Shown here: piece by piece, positions 42,227 through 52,109 of the stretch
How positions within the stretch are numbered: position 1 is the first letter of the stretch
Layout: each line of letters begins with the position of its first letter
IMG/VR virus record: IMGVR_UViG_3300033512_000218
Span: 1-64,000 of that record
DNA length: 64,000 nucleotides
Origin: a virus
Strand: one strand, 5' to 3'
Notes under the pieces: model-generated
What the model saw: the letters and a program-made list of their open reading frames with translations, nothing else
What the model was told of the DNA's origin: nothing
Databases searched by the model: none
Translations under genes and position numbers: made by a program

Positions 42227-44008
42227 ATGGCTATAGATAAAGAAATAAAATTTAAAGGGACAAAAGCATATCAATATAATGCAAATGATAATACATGGTA
42301 TATATCAAAGAATATTCGACCGTTATGGTGGTTAAATATAGACGATAATTTGTCAATACAAAATAATTTAACTGTTCCTTTAAATGAATATTATTTTGGA
42401 AATGCTGGCACTGAAATTATACAAATTAAAACTATTATTACAAACAGAATATTAGTTCCAAGTACATCTAACATGACCATAGGAAATCCGAACATTCCTT
42501 GCATATGGCATACATTAGTACTCGGTGATATAATATCAATATCTGTAACAAATGCTGGATTTACTGCAAATTCATCGTATTATGTTACGTCAGTTAATCC
42601 AGGTGTTTCATTTCAATTGTCTTCATCATATACAAATACATCAAGAGTAATAAATCCAACATCTGCAACAATTGGATTGTTTTATAAAAAACAAGGAATT
42701 GCAATTTCCAATGCTTATATTACAGAAGGATATAGATCATTAACATTTGACCATGGAAATCATATTCAAGGCTCTTATCTTAGTGGCACTATACCTAACA
42801 ATAAAATATTAACTCAATGGGGCGTTCATATGTTTATAAAACCTTGGACAACAAACCAACCATTTCCTGTTGGAATTGCTCCAGAAAGAACTATTTTTCA
42901 CATTAAAGATTCTGTAAGTGGAAAATACATTAGAATATTTATTTCTACAACAAATTTAATGTCAGTTGATATTAATGGTAATCTACTTAATTTAGTAAAA
43001 GATTTATTTGCATCCAATTCATCAACAGCTGGATATGTTGTTGCTAAATACGATGGAACAAATTTAACATTACGTTCTTCTTCATTATTTTCAACACATT
43101 TTTCTGAAACATTATCAATTCCTGGATTAACATGGGAATTTAATAGTACAAATACTATTATAAGTATTGGAGCAAAAACAGATGGAACAACTGCATTATC
43201 AAAAATAAATATAGATAGTTTTAGATTTTATGATAGATATTTAACTGATGAAGAAGAAGTTGTTTTATATGGTAAAAACTATGGAAATGTATTTTCATCA
43301 TTTACTTCAACTGCTATGTATATGGATTATTTTAAATGGAGATGTGAAGAAACGAATGATACTCAACCAATGCAACAAACAGGATTTAATGGAACAATAA
43401 CTCCAGATAATGGAACTGTAAATTTAATAAGAAATGCAACAGGAACAGGAGTACTTATTAATCAATTAAATGAAAAAAATATTTGTTATGAATTTAATGA
43501 ATTATATAAAGGTTATTTATCATCTACAATAACTATACCTAATTTAAATGCTAATAGTGCTATAAGTATTGGAATGTGGTTTAAAGATACATCAACAACT
43601 ATTGATAATAGAAGATGGATTACTAATTCAACATTAAATAGCGGAATTGGATTAAAAATATTTAGTTTAGGACAAAGCAGTACAGGACAAAATATAATTC
43701 GTTTTAATAGTAATAATATTGAGAAATTGATTACAACAACCGATTGGAGAAATGTTTGGAATTATTGGACTATCGTTTTTGATTGTTATAAAAATATAGT
43801 TTTTTTATATAAAAACGGAATTTTATTAGATTCAATTACTCCAACAATATATACTCCTGTAGCAGGATTATTTATTGGAGGTAAAAATATTACAACCAAT
43901 ACAGAATATATTAATGGTTATATTAGAGATATTTCTATTAAACAATATCGAGTATCTGTCGGTGAAATGAAATTAACATATAATAACGGACATCCGTTAC
44001 AAACATAA
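42227..44008 (+). CDS. LamG/concanavalin-A-like domain virion protein
   Basis: IDSFRFYDRYLTDEE, ISIGMWFK, WNYWTIVFD, LYKNG, NGYIRD. Confidence 0.75.
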   Translation: MAIDKEIKFKGTKAYQYNANDNTWYISKNIRPLWWLNIDDNLSIQNNLTVPLNEYYFGNAGTEIIQIKTIITNRILVPSTSNMTIGNPNIPCIWHTLVLGDIISISVTNAGFTANSSYYVTSVNPGVSFQLSSSYTNTSRVINPTSATIGLFYKKQGIAISNAYITEGYRSLTFDHGNHIQGSYLSGTIPNNKILTQWGVHMFIKPWTTNQPFPVGIAPERTIFHIKDSVSGKYIRIFISTTNLMSVDINGNLLNLVKDLFASNSSTAGYVVAKYDGTNLTLRSSSLFSTHFSETLSIPGLTWEFNSTNTIISIGAKTDGTTALSKINIDSFRFYDRYLTDEEEVVLYGKNYGNVFSSFTSTAMYMDYFKWRCEETNDTQPMQQTGFNGTITPDNGTVNLIRNATGTGVLINQLNEKNICYEFNELYKGYLSSTITIPNLNANSAISIGMWFKDTSTTIDNRRWITNSTLNSGIGLKIFSLGQSSTGQNIIRFNSNNIEKLITTTDWRNVWNYWTIVFDCYKNIVFLYKNGILLDSITPTIYTPVAGLFIGGKNITTNTEYINGYIRDISIKQYRVSVGEMKLTYNNGHPLQT

Positions 44009-44023
44009 AAAATAAAAAAATAA

Positions 44024-47023
44024 ATGGCAAATCAAATTAAATTATCAACAACAGGAACAATATCATCAATAACAATTAATGATTTATTTGCTTCTAAGTT
44101 TGTTCATCCTATCATAGATATGATATTGTGCGATATAACAAATCCTGCGGCATATCCATATTCAAACGATGATATTAAAAACAGTATTGATATTCAAACA
44201 GCAGTTACAAATGGCTATATTGTTTTACGAGATGAAAATAATAATATTATTTCTGATGTTACAGAAAGAAATTTTAATATATGGTCACCTGATGTAGATT
44301 CAACATCATCATTAAAAATAACAAAAGCAGATGGAACTACTGAAATATTAACTGTAGACAGTATAAATTCTATTATTAAAACAAATAGCATTGGAAATTT
44401 AGATGGAGTAGTTGTTTTTAATTTGCAAGATAGACAATTTTTTGATTCTGTAAATAAACAATCATTATCAACACAAGATAGAACTTTAAATAATACATCA
44501 GGAATTCCTATTATTCAATGGGGAAGTGGATTAAATGTATTTGATGATAGTGGCAACACATTGTTTTTAATATATCCTGAACACCCCGTTAGCAAAATAT
44601 CCATCAATAGAGAAAATCCTGTTAATTGTTTGGAAGTTGGAATGGAAAGTGATAATGACACTAATTATATTAGTGCTATGTCTTCTTCTGATAAAACTCG
44701 TGGTTTTAGTATTGATGATACAAATGGATATAAATGGGCAAATTATGTATTCAAAGAAGAAGATGGTGATACACAATATTTTGCTTCTGGAAATTCACAA
44801 AGAGATATTTTAGTTATGCAAAGTGATGGAAGAATCGGGATAAATATTCCAACTATAATAAACAATCTTGAAATTGTTAGAATAGTACAAACATCAAGTA
44901 ATACATATGCCACTGTTACAACTGAATTAACTCATAATTTAACAAACTTATCAATTGTTAAAATTATAAATGCTACTAATTCTAAATTTAATGGAACATT
45001 TTCAGTTGGTAATGTTGTTGGATTAACATTTAGAATTAATGGAGTATCAGTTGGTGCAATAACAGAAGAACCTACAAATGCTCAAGTGATTCAAGAAACA
45101 AATATTCCTATTGATTTTACTATAATGCCTCAGTTTTTAGATGCAATATATAGTTTTAATAAATCTTTAGATGTCGGAGTTGGAACAGGATTCATTGATT
45201 TAACTGCAAATATGCGTACATCATTTGGAACTGCTGATGTTATATTGCCTATTGCAACAGGTAGCTATTTATATGTAGGTCAAAAATATACATGGAAATC
45301 GACTTCATTTAATATTACAACTGCAACCGTTGGTTCTACTGCTATTACAGTAGAATATTCAAGTGGAACTAATTCTTGGACAGCTTTAACAACCTCCTCA
45401 ACATCAGGAAATGGATTAGTAGATGGAACAAGTAGATTAACTAAAGACGGAAATATTTCATGGAATCTTTCAACATTCAAATACTTATGGACAAGTAGAG
45501 AAATTATTATCGAAACGACTCCTCGTTCAACTGAAGAATTATATTGGATTAGAATAAGTTTAACAGGAACTATTACTGTTGCACCAACTGCTCAATCAAT
45601 TAGTAATAATGGAGGGAATAGAGTTGGAGTATACGCACAATCAGGAGATATAAATCCATTTTTTAAATTAGATAGTTTAGGTAGAGTAGGATTTTTACCA
45701 CCCGAATTAGAATCTCAATATAGTTTAGGTTCTTTAACTGGTCTTACAACGTCTAAATTTGAAGTTATTGCTGAAGATGGAGCAAGAAGTGATTTTATTT
45801 ATTACTTAGCAAATAGTACATCTGCTTCTCATCCTGCAATTGTATTAGCTAAAAGTGCTGGTACAATAGCTTCTAAAACACCTATAACAAATGGAAGTGA
45901 TATTGGAGCTGTATATGGATTTGGTTATGACGGAACAACTTTTAGAGAAAGCTGTAAAATTTTATTTGAAGCTGATGCTGGACATGGTGCAGGAGTTGTA
46001 TCAGGTAAAATGTCTTTATGGACAACAATAGGAACATCTGCAAACGAAAGAATGACAATAAAAAGCAGTGGTAATATCGGTATTGGAATAACAAGTCCTA
46101 CTGCAACATTACATTTAAAAGCAGGTACTGCAACAGCAAATACATCACCATTAAAATTAACAACAGGAGTTGCTTTAACAAATCCAGAAAATGGTTCATT
46201 AGAATATCATACTTCTCATTTATATTTTACAATTGGAACAACAAGATACCAATTAGACCAACCCACTATATTAGGTACTGTTACTTCGGGCGTTTGGAAT
46301 GGAACTACTATAGCAATTGCAAATGGTGGTACAAATTCTACAACAACCTTAAATAATGGTAGAGTAATGATTAGTGCAGGAGATTCAATTGTAGAGAATT
46401 CCGCATTAACATCATCAGCTTTAGTTTTGGGAGGTATTTCTTTATCTTCATTATCATTGGGAACTGCTAATCAAATAGTAGGAATGAATAATGCTGGTAC
46501 AGGAAATGAATATAAAACATTATCAGTAGGTACAAATGGAACAGATTTTAACATTGTATTAAATTCTGCAAATAGTATTGTTTTAAATTTACCAGATGCT
46601 TCTACTTCTAATAGAGGAGTTGTTACAACAGGAATCCAATCTTTTAGGGGACAAAAAACATTTACTAATTCAGTTATTTTTAATCAAAATATAGTAAATA
46701 ACGGAATTATAACAGTATCCATAACAGCATCTCAAAATAATTATAATCCTGTTGGATTATCAACTTGTAATGTAATAAGAATATCATCAAGTGCATCATA
46801 TAACATAACGGGTTTAACGGCTCAAGAATCTGGTAGAACTATTATGATAATTAATATAGGTACTCAAGCAATAACATTAGTAACTGAAAGTGCTTCATCT
46901 ACAGAATCAAATAGATTTGCATCACCATCAAATCAATTAGGAGCTAAAGAAAATGCTATTTTATGGTATGATATAACTTCAGCAAGATGGCGTGTAATAG
47001 CAAATAGTGTAAGACAATCATAA
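44024..47023 (+). CDS. tail fibre protein
   Basis: T/G/S-rich; ERMTIKSSGNIGIGITSP..TLH and GTVTSGVWNGTTIAIANGGT. Confidence 0.75.
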   Translation: MANQIKLSTTGTISSITINDLFASKFVHPIIDMILCDITNPAAYPYSNDDIKNSIDIQTAVTNGYIVLRDENNNIISDVTERNFNIWSPDVDSTSSLKITKADGTTEILTVDSINSIIKTNSIGNLDGVVVFNLQDRQFFDSVNKQSLSTQDRTLNNTSGIPIIQWGSGLNVFDDSGNTLFLIYPEHPVSKISINRENPVNCLEVGMESDNDTNYISAMSSSDKTRGFSIDDTNGYKWANYVFKEEDGDTQYFASGNSQRDILVMQSDGRIGINIPTIINNLEIVRIVQTSSNTYATVTTELTHNLTNLSIVKIINATNSKFNGTFSVGNVVGLTFRINGVSVGAITEEPTNAQVIQETNIPIDFTIMPQFLDAIYSFNKSLDVGVGTGFIDLTANMRTSFGTADVILPIATGSYLYVGQKYTWKSTSFNITTATVGSTAITVEYSSGTNSWTALTTSSTSGNGLVDGTSRLTKDGNISWNLSTFKYLWTSREIIIETTPRSTEELYWIRISLTGTITVAPTAQSISNNGGNRVGVYAQSGDINPFFKLDSLGRVGFLPPELESQYSLGSLTGLTTSKFEVIAEDGARSDFIYYLANSTSASHPAIVLAKSAGTIASKTPITNGSDIGAVYGFGYDGTTFRESCKILFEADAGHGAGVVSGKMSLWTTIGTSANERMTIKSSGNIGIGITSPTATLHLKAGTATANTSPLKLTTGVALTNPENGSLEYHTSHLYFTIGTTRYQLDQPTILGTVTSGVWNGTTIAIANGGTNSTTTLNNGRVMISAGDSIVENSALTSSALVLGGISLSSLSLGTANQIVGMNNAGTGNEYKTLSVGTNGTDFNIVLNSANSIVLNLPDASTSNRGVVTTGIQSFRGQKTFTNSVIFNQNIVNNGIITVSITASQNNYNPVGLSTCNVIRISSSASYNITGLTAQESGRTIMIINIGTQAITLVTESASSTESNRFASPSNQLGAKENAILWYDITSARWRVIANSVRQS

Positions 47024-47039
47024 ATAAAAAAATAAAAAT

Positions 47040-47759
47040 ATGTATAATTTATATAGAGAAAATATAGAGAATTGGACTTCTATTAATGATAGTGGAATTC
47101 CAACTTTTAAATTTAGTAATTCTATTCCAAATGGATATGTACCATACGATTCGATATTAGAAATATTTAGTGCTATTGAATATTGTAAAATTTTAATTAT
47201 TGATAATATTGAATATTATTGTGATTATAAGTTTATAAGAGATAGAATAAAAGATAAGTTTACTGAATGGAATAATCATTCAATACAAGAAAAATCTATA
47301 TTTTGTCAATTAAAAATAGGAAGTGAAACTGAAAGAATTGAATTTTTAGAAAGTATATATCCAACGCAAGGATTTATTATAAATCAAAAAATGATGCTAA
47401 ATTATGCTTATAAAGCAACAACTATAAGCAGAGGAAATAGAGTTAAATTAGCATTTAATGAAATATGGTGTAGATTAAATCCAGACGATGCAAAAATAAT
47501 AGCTTCAAAAGGTTCAGAATCAGTTATAGCATATACTACTTTTGGTTCTGATGGAACAATAAATAATGACATGGACGGTATTTATGATTTTATTTATGGA
47601 ATATCAGGAACAAAATATGAAAATAATGGAATATTACAACAAAATCTAATAAGTGAACCAATTGGATATACTCAATTAGAGTTTTGTAACTTTTTATTTA
47701 ATCTTGCTATAACAGGTGAATATTTAAATTTACAAATGGCTCAAGCAATTGGATTATAA
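47040..47759 (+). CDS. hypothetical protein (possible tail fibre assembly protein)
   Basis: follows tail fibre; function from position only. Confidence 0.5.
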   Translation: MYNLYRENIENWTSINDSGIPTFKFSNSIPNGYVPYDSILEIFSAIEYCKILIIDNIEYYCDYKFIRDRIKDKFTEWNNHSIQEKSIFCQLKIGSETERIEFLESIYPTQGFIINQKMMLNYAYKATTISRGNRVKLAFNEIWCRLNPDDAKIIASKGSESVIAYTTFGSDGTINNDMDGIYDFIYGISGTKYENNGILQQNLISEPIGYTQLEFCNFLFNLAITGEYLNLQMAQAIGL

Positions 47760-47783
47760 AAATAAATACATAAACTAAATATA

Positions 47784-48080
47784 ATGAGTGAATTTTTAAG
47801 ACCAGACGAAATATTAAATAATATATATGATTCGTATACAATAGAAACATTTCAACGTATCGATGAAATTCTTAATGTAGTATATTCAACTGATGTTAAA
47901 GCATTAGCAATTAAAATAATAGATGGTATAACAATATCAAATATTATTGATGATGCTAATATTAATAATGTAGGTAAATTTAGATATTATGATGATGATA
48001 CTAATTCATATTTAGATATGTGTATGAAAACAGGATTAGATACGTATGAATGGATTAATATAAAAACAAATACTTGGTAG
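47784..48080 (+). CDS. small virion protein sharing the N-terminal module of 34699 ORF
   Basis: MSEFLRPDEILNN.Y....I.TF.R.DEILN.VYS....ALA..II. Confidence 0.75.
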   Translation: MSEFLRPDEILNNIYDSYTIETFQRIDEILNVVYSTDVKALAIKIIDGITISNIIDDANINNVGKFRYYDDDTNSYLDMCMKTGLDTYEWINIKTNTW

Positions 48081-48089
48081 AAATATTTA

Positions 48090-48098
48090 GTATTTATA
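48090..48098 (+). promoter_or_regulatory. putative late promoter GTATTTATA
   Basis: directly upstream of response regulator. Confidence 0.5.
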
Positions 48099-48108
48099 TA
48101 TAAATAAG

Positions 48109-48528
48109 ATGAAGATGAAAATATTAATAGTAGATGATTATCATATAGATTTATATTTAGCCAAAGAAACAATAAATGAATTAAATATACATTGTGAAAT
48201 CTTTGAAGCTGAAGATGGTGAAAAGGCATTACAAATATTAAATAGTAATAATATTGATATAGTGTTGTTGGATATTAAAATGCCTAAAATGGATGGAATT
48301 GAAGTATTAAAACAAATTCGTAAAAATAATAAAAATATAAATGTTATAATGCTTACAACAAGTGATATGGATGACGATATTAAAGAAACATATAAGGAAA
48401 AAGCAAATGGTTATATTATTAAACCAATTAAACCACAAATATTTGTAAATAGATTGAAAACAATGAAAGGAGTTTTTGTTGATAAAGATTTTGAATATAT
48501 TAACTTCTATAATACTTCTATTTTATGA
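48109..48528 (+). CDS. single-domain response regulator (CheY/Rcp1-like receiver)
   Basis: ILIVDD, LLDIKMPKMDG, MLTTS, YIIKP; all catalytic residues present. Confidence 0.93.
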   Translation: MKMKILIVDDYHIDLYLAKETINELNIHCEIFEAEDGEKALQILNSNNIDIVLLDIKMPKMDGIEVLKQIRKNNKNINVIMLTTSDMDDDIKETYKEKANGYIIKPIKPQIFVNRLKTMKGVFVDKDFEYINFYNTSIL

Positions 48529-49034
48529 GAAAAATAATTTTAATTATATTATATATTCTTTTTTTTAATATAACATCTTATTCAATAGGTGATACAATAC
48601 CTAAACAACAAGTATATTATCAAGTACCAATTAAAAATAATAATGATACTACAAATCAATCCTATTTAATTGTAACAATAATTACAGTTTTATTTGGTGC
48701 AAGTGCTGGTATTTGGGGTATTATAAAAATAGCCCAACAAAATAATGTTCAAAAATACTTAAAATCAGAAAGTATAAAGGAAAAGAGTTTAGATTATAAT
48801 TTTAAAAACGATGAAGATTTTCAACAAGGTATTGTTAAAAGATTGATTGATGAATATGTTAATCAAAATAGTTGGATAACAACTGAATTTAGTGCAAGGT
48901 TGGATAAACTTATTACCGATACAGTTGAATCAAATAAATTAATTAAAGATATATATGCTCAATTAGATATTACTCGGAGAGAATTAAGAGAATATCAAAA
49001 ACAATTAGAAGAATTATTAAAAAAAGGGAAATAA
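48525..49034 (+). CDS. membrane protein with C-terminal coiled coil
   Basis: signal-like N-terminus, TM segment, ATGA overlap with regulator. Confidence 0.65.
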   Translation: MRKIILIILYILFFNITSYSIGDTIPKQQVYYQVPIKNNNDTTNQSYLIVTIITVLFGASAGIWGIIKIAQQNNVQKYLKSESIKEKSLDYNFKNDEDFQQGIVKRLIDEYVNQNSWITTEFSARLDKLITDTVESNKLIKDIYAQLDITRRELREYQKQLEELLKKGK

Positions 49035-49046
49035 ATTCCCTTTTTT
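49021..49046. terminator. intrinsic terminator
   Basis: AAAAAGGGAA-loop-TTCCCTTTTTT. Confidence 0.7.
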
Positions 49047-49048
49047 AT

Positions 49049-49198
49049 TTATAAATTAATATCTGGTTCAGAATGTTTATATTCTTTTAATGTTGTTTGC
49101 ATTGCATTAATTAAATAAGATACTTCTTTATATGGTTGTTCTTGTAAATAAGTAATTATTTTAACAGCCAATTCCTCTGTAATAATAAAGTCTTTCAT
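49049..49198 (-). CDS. small hypothetical protein (49 aa)
   Basis: manual translation MKDFIITEELAVKIITYLQEQPYKEV... Confidence 0.6.
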   Translation of the reverse strand: MKDFIITEELAVKIITYLQEQPYKEVSYLINAMQTTLKEYKHSEPDINL

Positions 49199-49200
49199 GA

Positions 49201-49407
49201 TTATTGTAAAATAGTTTGAATGTTTGTTTCTGTTTGTGATTTAATAGTATAATCCGAATATACTCCTTCATAATATTTAGCAACAATTGCTTCAATTTCT
49301 GTCATTCCTGACGTATATACTATTAATCTTTCAGTTCTTTTTTTTGTTTTTTCTGTTTCTTCATCCATTGTATTAACAACAATTTTCACATCATAATATT
49401 TATTCAT
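49201..49407 (-). CDS. DUF4494-like small protein
   Basis: YYDVKI...KKRTERLIV...MTEIEA resembles the Bacteroidota DUF4494 pattern. Confidence 0.5.
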   Translation of the reverse strand: MNKYYDVKIVVNTMDEETEKTKKRTERLIVYTSGMTEIEAIVAKYYEGVYSDYTIKSQTETNIQTILQ

Positions 49408-49476
49408 CTTGTTAAATTTTTAAAAATTATTAATTAAGTTTGTTTTGTATTTATTTTAAAATAAAGTAAATAAAAA

Positions 49477-50418
49477 ATGATTAATACGATACTTCAACAA
49501 AATTCAATTGGTTTTTTATTGGCAGACGAAAACAAAAAAATTATATCATTAAATAAATATATAACTAATTTATTTAATATAAATAATTCTGAATTTATTG
49601 GAGCGGATGTTACTATTATGTTTAAAATAGATAAAAATAATCTACAAAAATTAAATATAATAGGATTTGTATCTTTTGATAGTTATGTAAATAATTATGA
49701 TAAATTAATAAATATTACAGTTATTAAAAATGACAAATTTTATTATGGTATTATATTGGATAAAACAAATGAAAATAATCTACATAATGAAATAATTAAA
49801 ATAAATAATTTATTTAAAAATAATATAAGTGAAAATGAAAGATATAAAACATTATTAAACAGTATAATTAATGCTTTGGCTCATAATTTTAGAACAAATA
49901 TTTATACTATAAAAAAATTATCAAATACTGATTCCATTAAATATTCAGATAATATTATTACTCTTATAGATGATATATTAAAATATTATAATGTATTTAA
50001 TCATGATGTATCAATATCAGATGTAAAATTAATTAACTTAATACATCCTAATACACTAATTGAAACAAATATAGATGATTTAATATATATAAAATCAGAT
50101 ACAGTATTATTAAATATTATATTTAATGAAATTATTGATAATGCTATAAAATTCGGTAATAACAATATAATAAAAATTATATATACTGATTTAGGATTTT
50201 ATCATAAAATAAGTATAAAAGATAATGGAATAGGATTTAATATAAAATATAAAAACGAAATATTTAAATTGTTTAGTAAATTAAATACAACTTTTACTGG
50301 TACAGGACTTGGATTAGCTATTGTAAAATTATGTATTGATAAACTAATAGGTAATATTAATGTAAACAGTCAAATAAATATAGGTAGTGAATTTATTATT
50401 TTACTTGATAAACAATAA
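49477..50418 (+). CDS. soluble sensor histidine kinase (PAS-like + HisKA + HATPase_c)
   Basis: H-box LAHNFRT, N-box IIDNAIKF, G1 DNGIG, F-box IFKLF, G2 GTGLGLAI. Confidence 0.88.
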   Translation: MINTILQQNSIGFLLADENKKIISLNKYITNLFNINNSEFIGADVTIMFKIDKNNLQKLNIIGFVSFDSYVNNYDKLINITVIKNDKFYYGIILDKTNENNLHNEIIKINNLFKNNISENERYKTLLNSIINALAHNFRTNIYTIKKLSNTDSIKYSDNIITLIDDILKYYNVFNHDVSISDVKLINLIHPNTLIETNIDDLIYIKSDTVLLNIIFNEIIDNAIKFGNNNIIKIIYTDLGFYHKISIKDNGIGFNIKYKNEIFKLFSKLNTTFTGTGLGLAIVKLCIDKLIGNINVNSQINIGSEFIILLDKQ

Positions 50419-50465
50419 ATAAATTATTTAATTTAAAATAAAAATGATTATAACTTTATTTAAAA

Positions 50466-50798
50466 ATGAAAAATAAACTAAAAATTGAAATAAGATTAAT
50501 TTGGTATTTTATTGAATCAATGTATACAAAATTATTAAGACTGTTTCATATTAATAAAGATAAATCAATTATTCCTAAATGAATGTATTGCTATGTAATG
50601 GATGAAGAACTAAATAAACAAAAACCTACTTCAGAAGAGGGATATTATATAAAAACATGCAAATATTATAGAAGTACTCCAAAAACAAAAGGAATAGCAT
50701 GTACATATACAGGTTATTATGGATTTGATTTTGGTCTTTATGACCAATGCAAAATTTGTGGAGAAAATGATGAAATAGATGAAAGAGATTTAATATAA
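50466..50798 (+). pseudogene. Cys-rich hypothetical gene with in-frame TGA at 50580-50582
   Basis: ATG 50466 reads in frame to DKSIIPK*MYCY. Confidence 0.5.
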
Positions 50799-50814
50799 AT
50801 AAATATATTTAATT

Positions 50815-51024
50815 ATGATAGTTGATATTAAATGCCATAAATGTAAAAAAGAATTTGAAGCAGAATGGAATGTGAGAGGAAAATGTCCTAATTGTGAAAA
50901 CAAATATGATTGGACATGGGATGGTGAGTTGTGGAGTGATTTTGAAACTTGTTTTCCAATATTTGAAAGTGAAACGGAAGGTGTTAAAAACTCTTTTTTA
51001 CTTGTAATAGATTGGGATTTTTAA
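50815..51024 (+). CDS. small zinc-ribbon protein
   Basis: CHKC and CPNC. Confidence 0.65.
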   Translation: MIVDIKCHKCKKEFEAEWNVRGKCPNCENKYDWTWDGELWSDFETCFPIFESETEGVKNSFLLVIDWDF

Positions 51025-51026
51025 AT

Positions 51027-51092
51027 TTTAACATTTATTAAGATAATTAAATTTGTATTTTTACTTTATTTATATTATCTTTATAATATAAT
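51027..51092 (+). promoter_or_regulatory. early promoter repeat upstream of cassette array
   Basis: consensus with TATCTTTA variant. Confidence 0.7.
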
Positions 51093-51210
51093 TTAAAATG
51101 AATATTAACCAACAACTGATATTAGGACAGAAACAATGGCTTATATTTGTTGTAAGCAAATAATCACTAAATTGTATGTTATGTACTTTTATCATAATAC
51201 ATTAATCAAA

Positions 51211-51447
51211 ATGGAAAATATAAAAATGAGTTTTAAAGATGCCCCTGTCGGTGCAAGATTTAAGTATCCAAATGATACAAGCGGAAATATTTGGGTTAAA
51301 ATTAATTCATATCCACAAAGTAGATTTGAAAGCGGATTAGGATTGATTTGTAAATGGGAAGGAAATATAAAAAGTTATCAATCTTTTTGCTCGTTTAGTG
51401 ATGAAAATAATGGAATTTCATTTGAAACTGAAATCGAGTTATTATAG
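51211..51447 (+). CDS. cassette 1 hypothetical protein
   Basis: MENIKMSFKDAPVGARF...; stop just before site 1. Confidence 0.65.
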   Translation: MENIKMSFKDAPVGARFKYPNDTSGNIWVKINSYPQSRFESGLGLICKWEGNIKSYQSFCSFSDENNGISFETEIELL

Positions 51448-51448
51448 T

Positions 51449-51581
51449 TGCTAACGGTTGCAAATAAACACAGTAAAAGATATGAAAGAACAAATTTTAG
51501 AAATAGCAGAAAAACTTAGATTAGAACTAATAACTGAATACGAAGCACAAAACCTTTTATTTGGTTTATTTAGTGTTATAC
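51449..51581. repeat. attC-like site 1
   Basis: TGCTAAC..aaataaac..agtaaaag / cttttatt..gtttattt..GTTATAC. Confidence 0.7.
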
Positions 51582-51691
51582 AACGAAGTGAACAGTTGGT
51601 TGCTTTTGTAAAATGGTTAGAAGCTAATTCAGACCACTCAATTGATAGAGGTTGGATAGAAGAATATATTGAAGCAACCAATTGTGTATAA
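51482..51691 (+). CDS. cassette 2 hypothetical protein (starts in hairpin loop)
   Basis: MKEQILEIAEK...; stop TAA lies inside GTATAAC. Confidence 0.7.
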   Translation: MKEQILEIAEKLRLELITEYEAQNLLFGLFSVIQRSEQLVAFVKWLEANSDHSIDRGWIEEYIEATNCV

Positions 51692-51807
51692 CGGCTGAGT
51701 ATTGGCGTTGTTGCCATCATAAACGATTATTAATAACACTAAATTATAAAATTATGACAAAAGTTTCAGAAAACCACGAAGGCAATAACGCTAATACTTT
51801 GTTAGCC
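51686..51807. repeat. attC-like site 2
   Basis: GTATAAC ggctg agtattggcgttgttgcc / ggcaataacgctaatact tt GTTAGCC (16/18 plus 2 G.T). Confidence 0.85.
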
Positions 51808-51978
51808 ACAGTTATTCCTCAATCAAAAGAAGAGTTGTTAGAATGTATTCAAAATTTGATGGGTGTATTTGACACACCAGTTTCAAGAAGAGCAATAAAG
51901 GGTGAATTTGCCGATGAAGTTCGTAAGATAGGTCGTCAAATTTTGGAAAGTAATGGTAAATCAATGTACGATATATAA
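51754..51978 (+). CDS. cassette 3 hypothetical protein (starts in hairpin loop)
   Basis: MTKVSENHEGNNANTLLATVIP... Confidence 0.7.
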   Translation: MTKVSENHEGNNANTLLATVIPQSKEELLECIQNLMGVFDTPVSRRAIKGEFADEVRKIGRQILESNGKSMYDI

Positions 51979-51982
51979 TTGT

Positions 51983-52074
51983 GGCTAACGTATCGTGTAT
52001 GAGCAGTGGCACTTGTACACACTTTCAAATTAGCTACAACGATTATGTGCCATTGCTTATACACGGTGTTAGTG
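51983..52074. repeat. attC-like site 3
   Basis: GGCTAAC gtat cgtgtatgagcagtggcac / gtgccattgcttatacacg gt GTTAGTG. Confidence 0.88.
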
Positions 52075-52109
52075 ACAGTACTTTTTTTAATAATCTAATA
52101 ATCAATTAT

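Noticed and set aside
51100-51190. An eighth complete hairpin site in front of cassette 1
   Set aside because: GTTGTAAG and GTTATGT are present, but I find no left arm and no exact complement of TGCTAAC. At most a decayed remnant.
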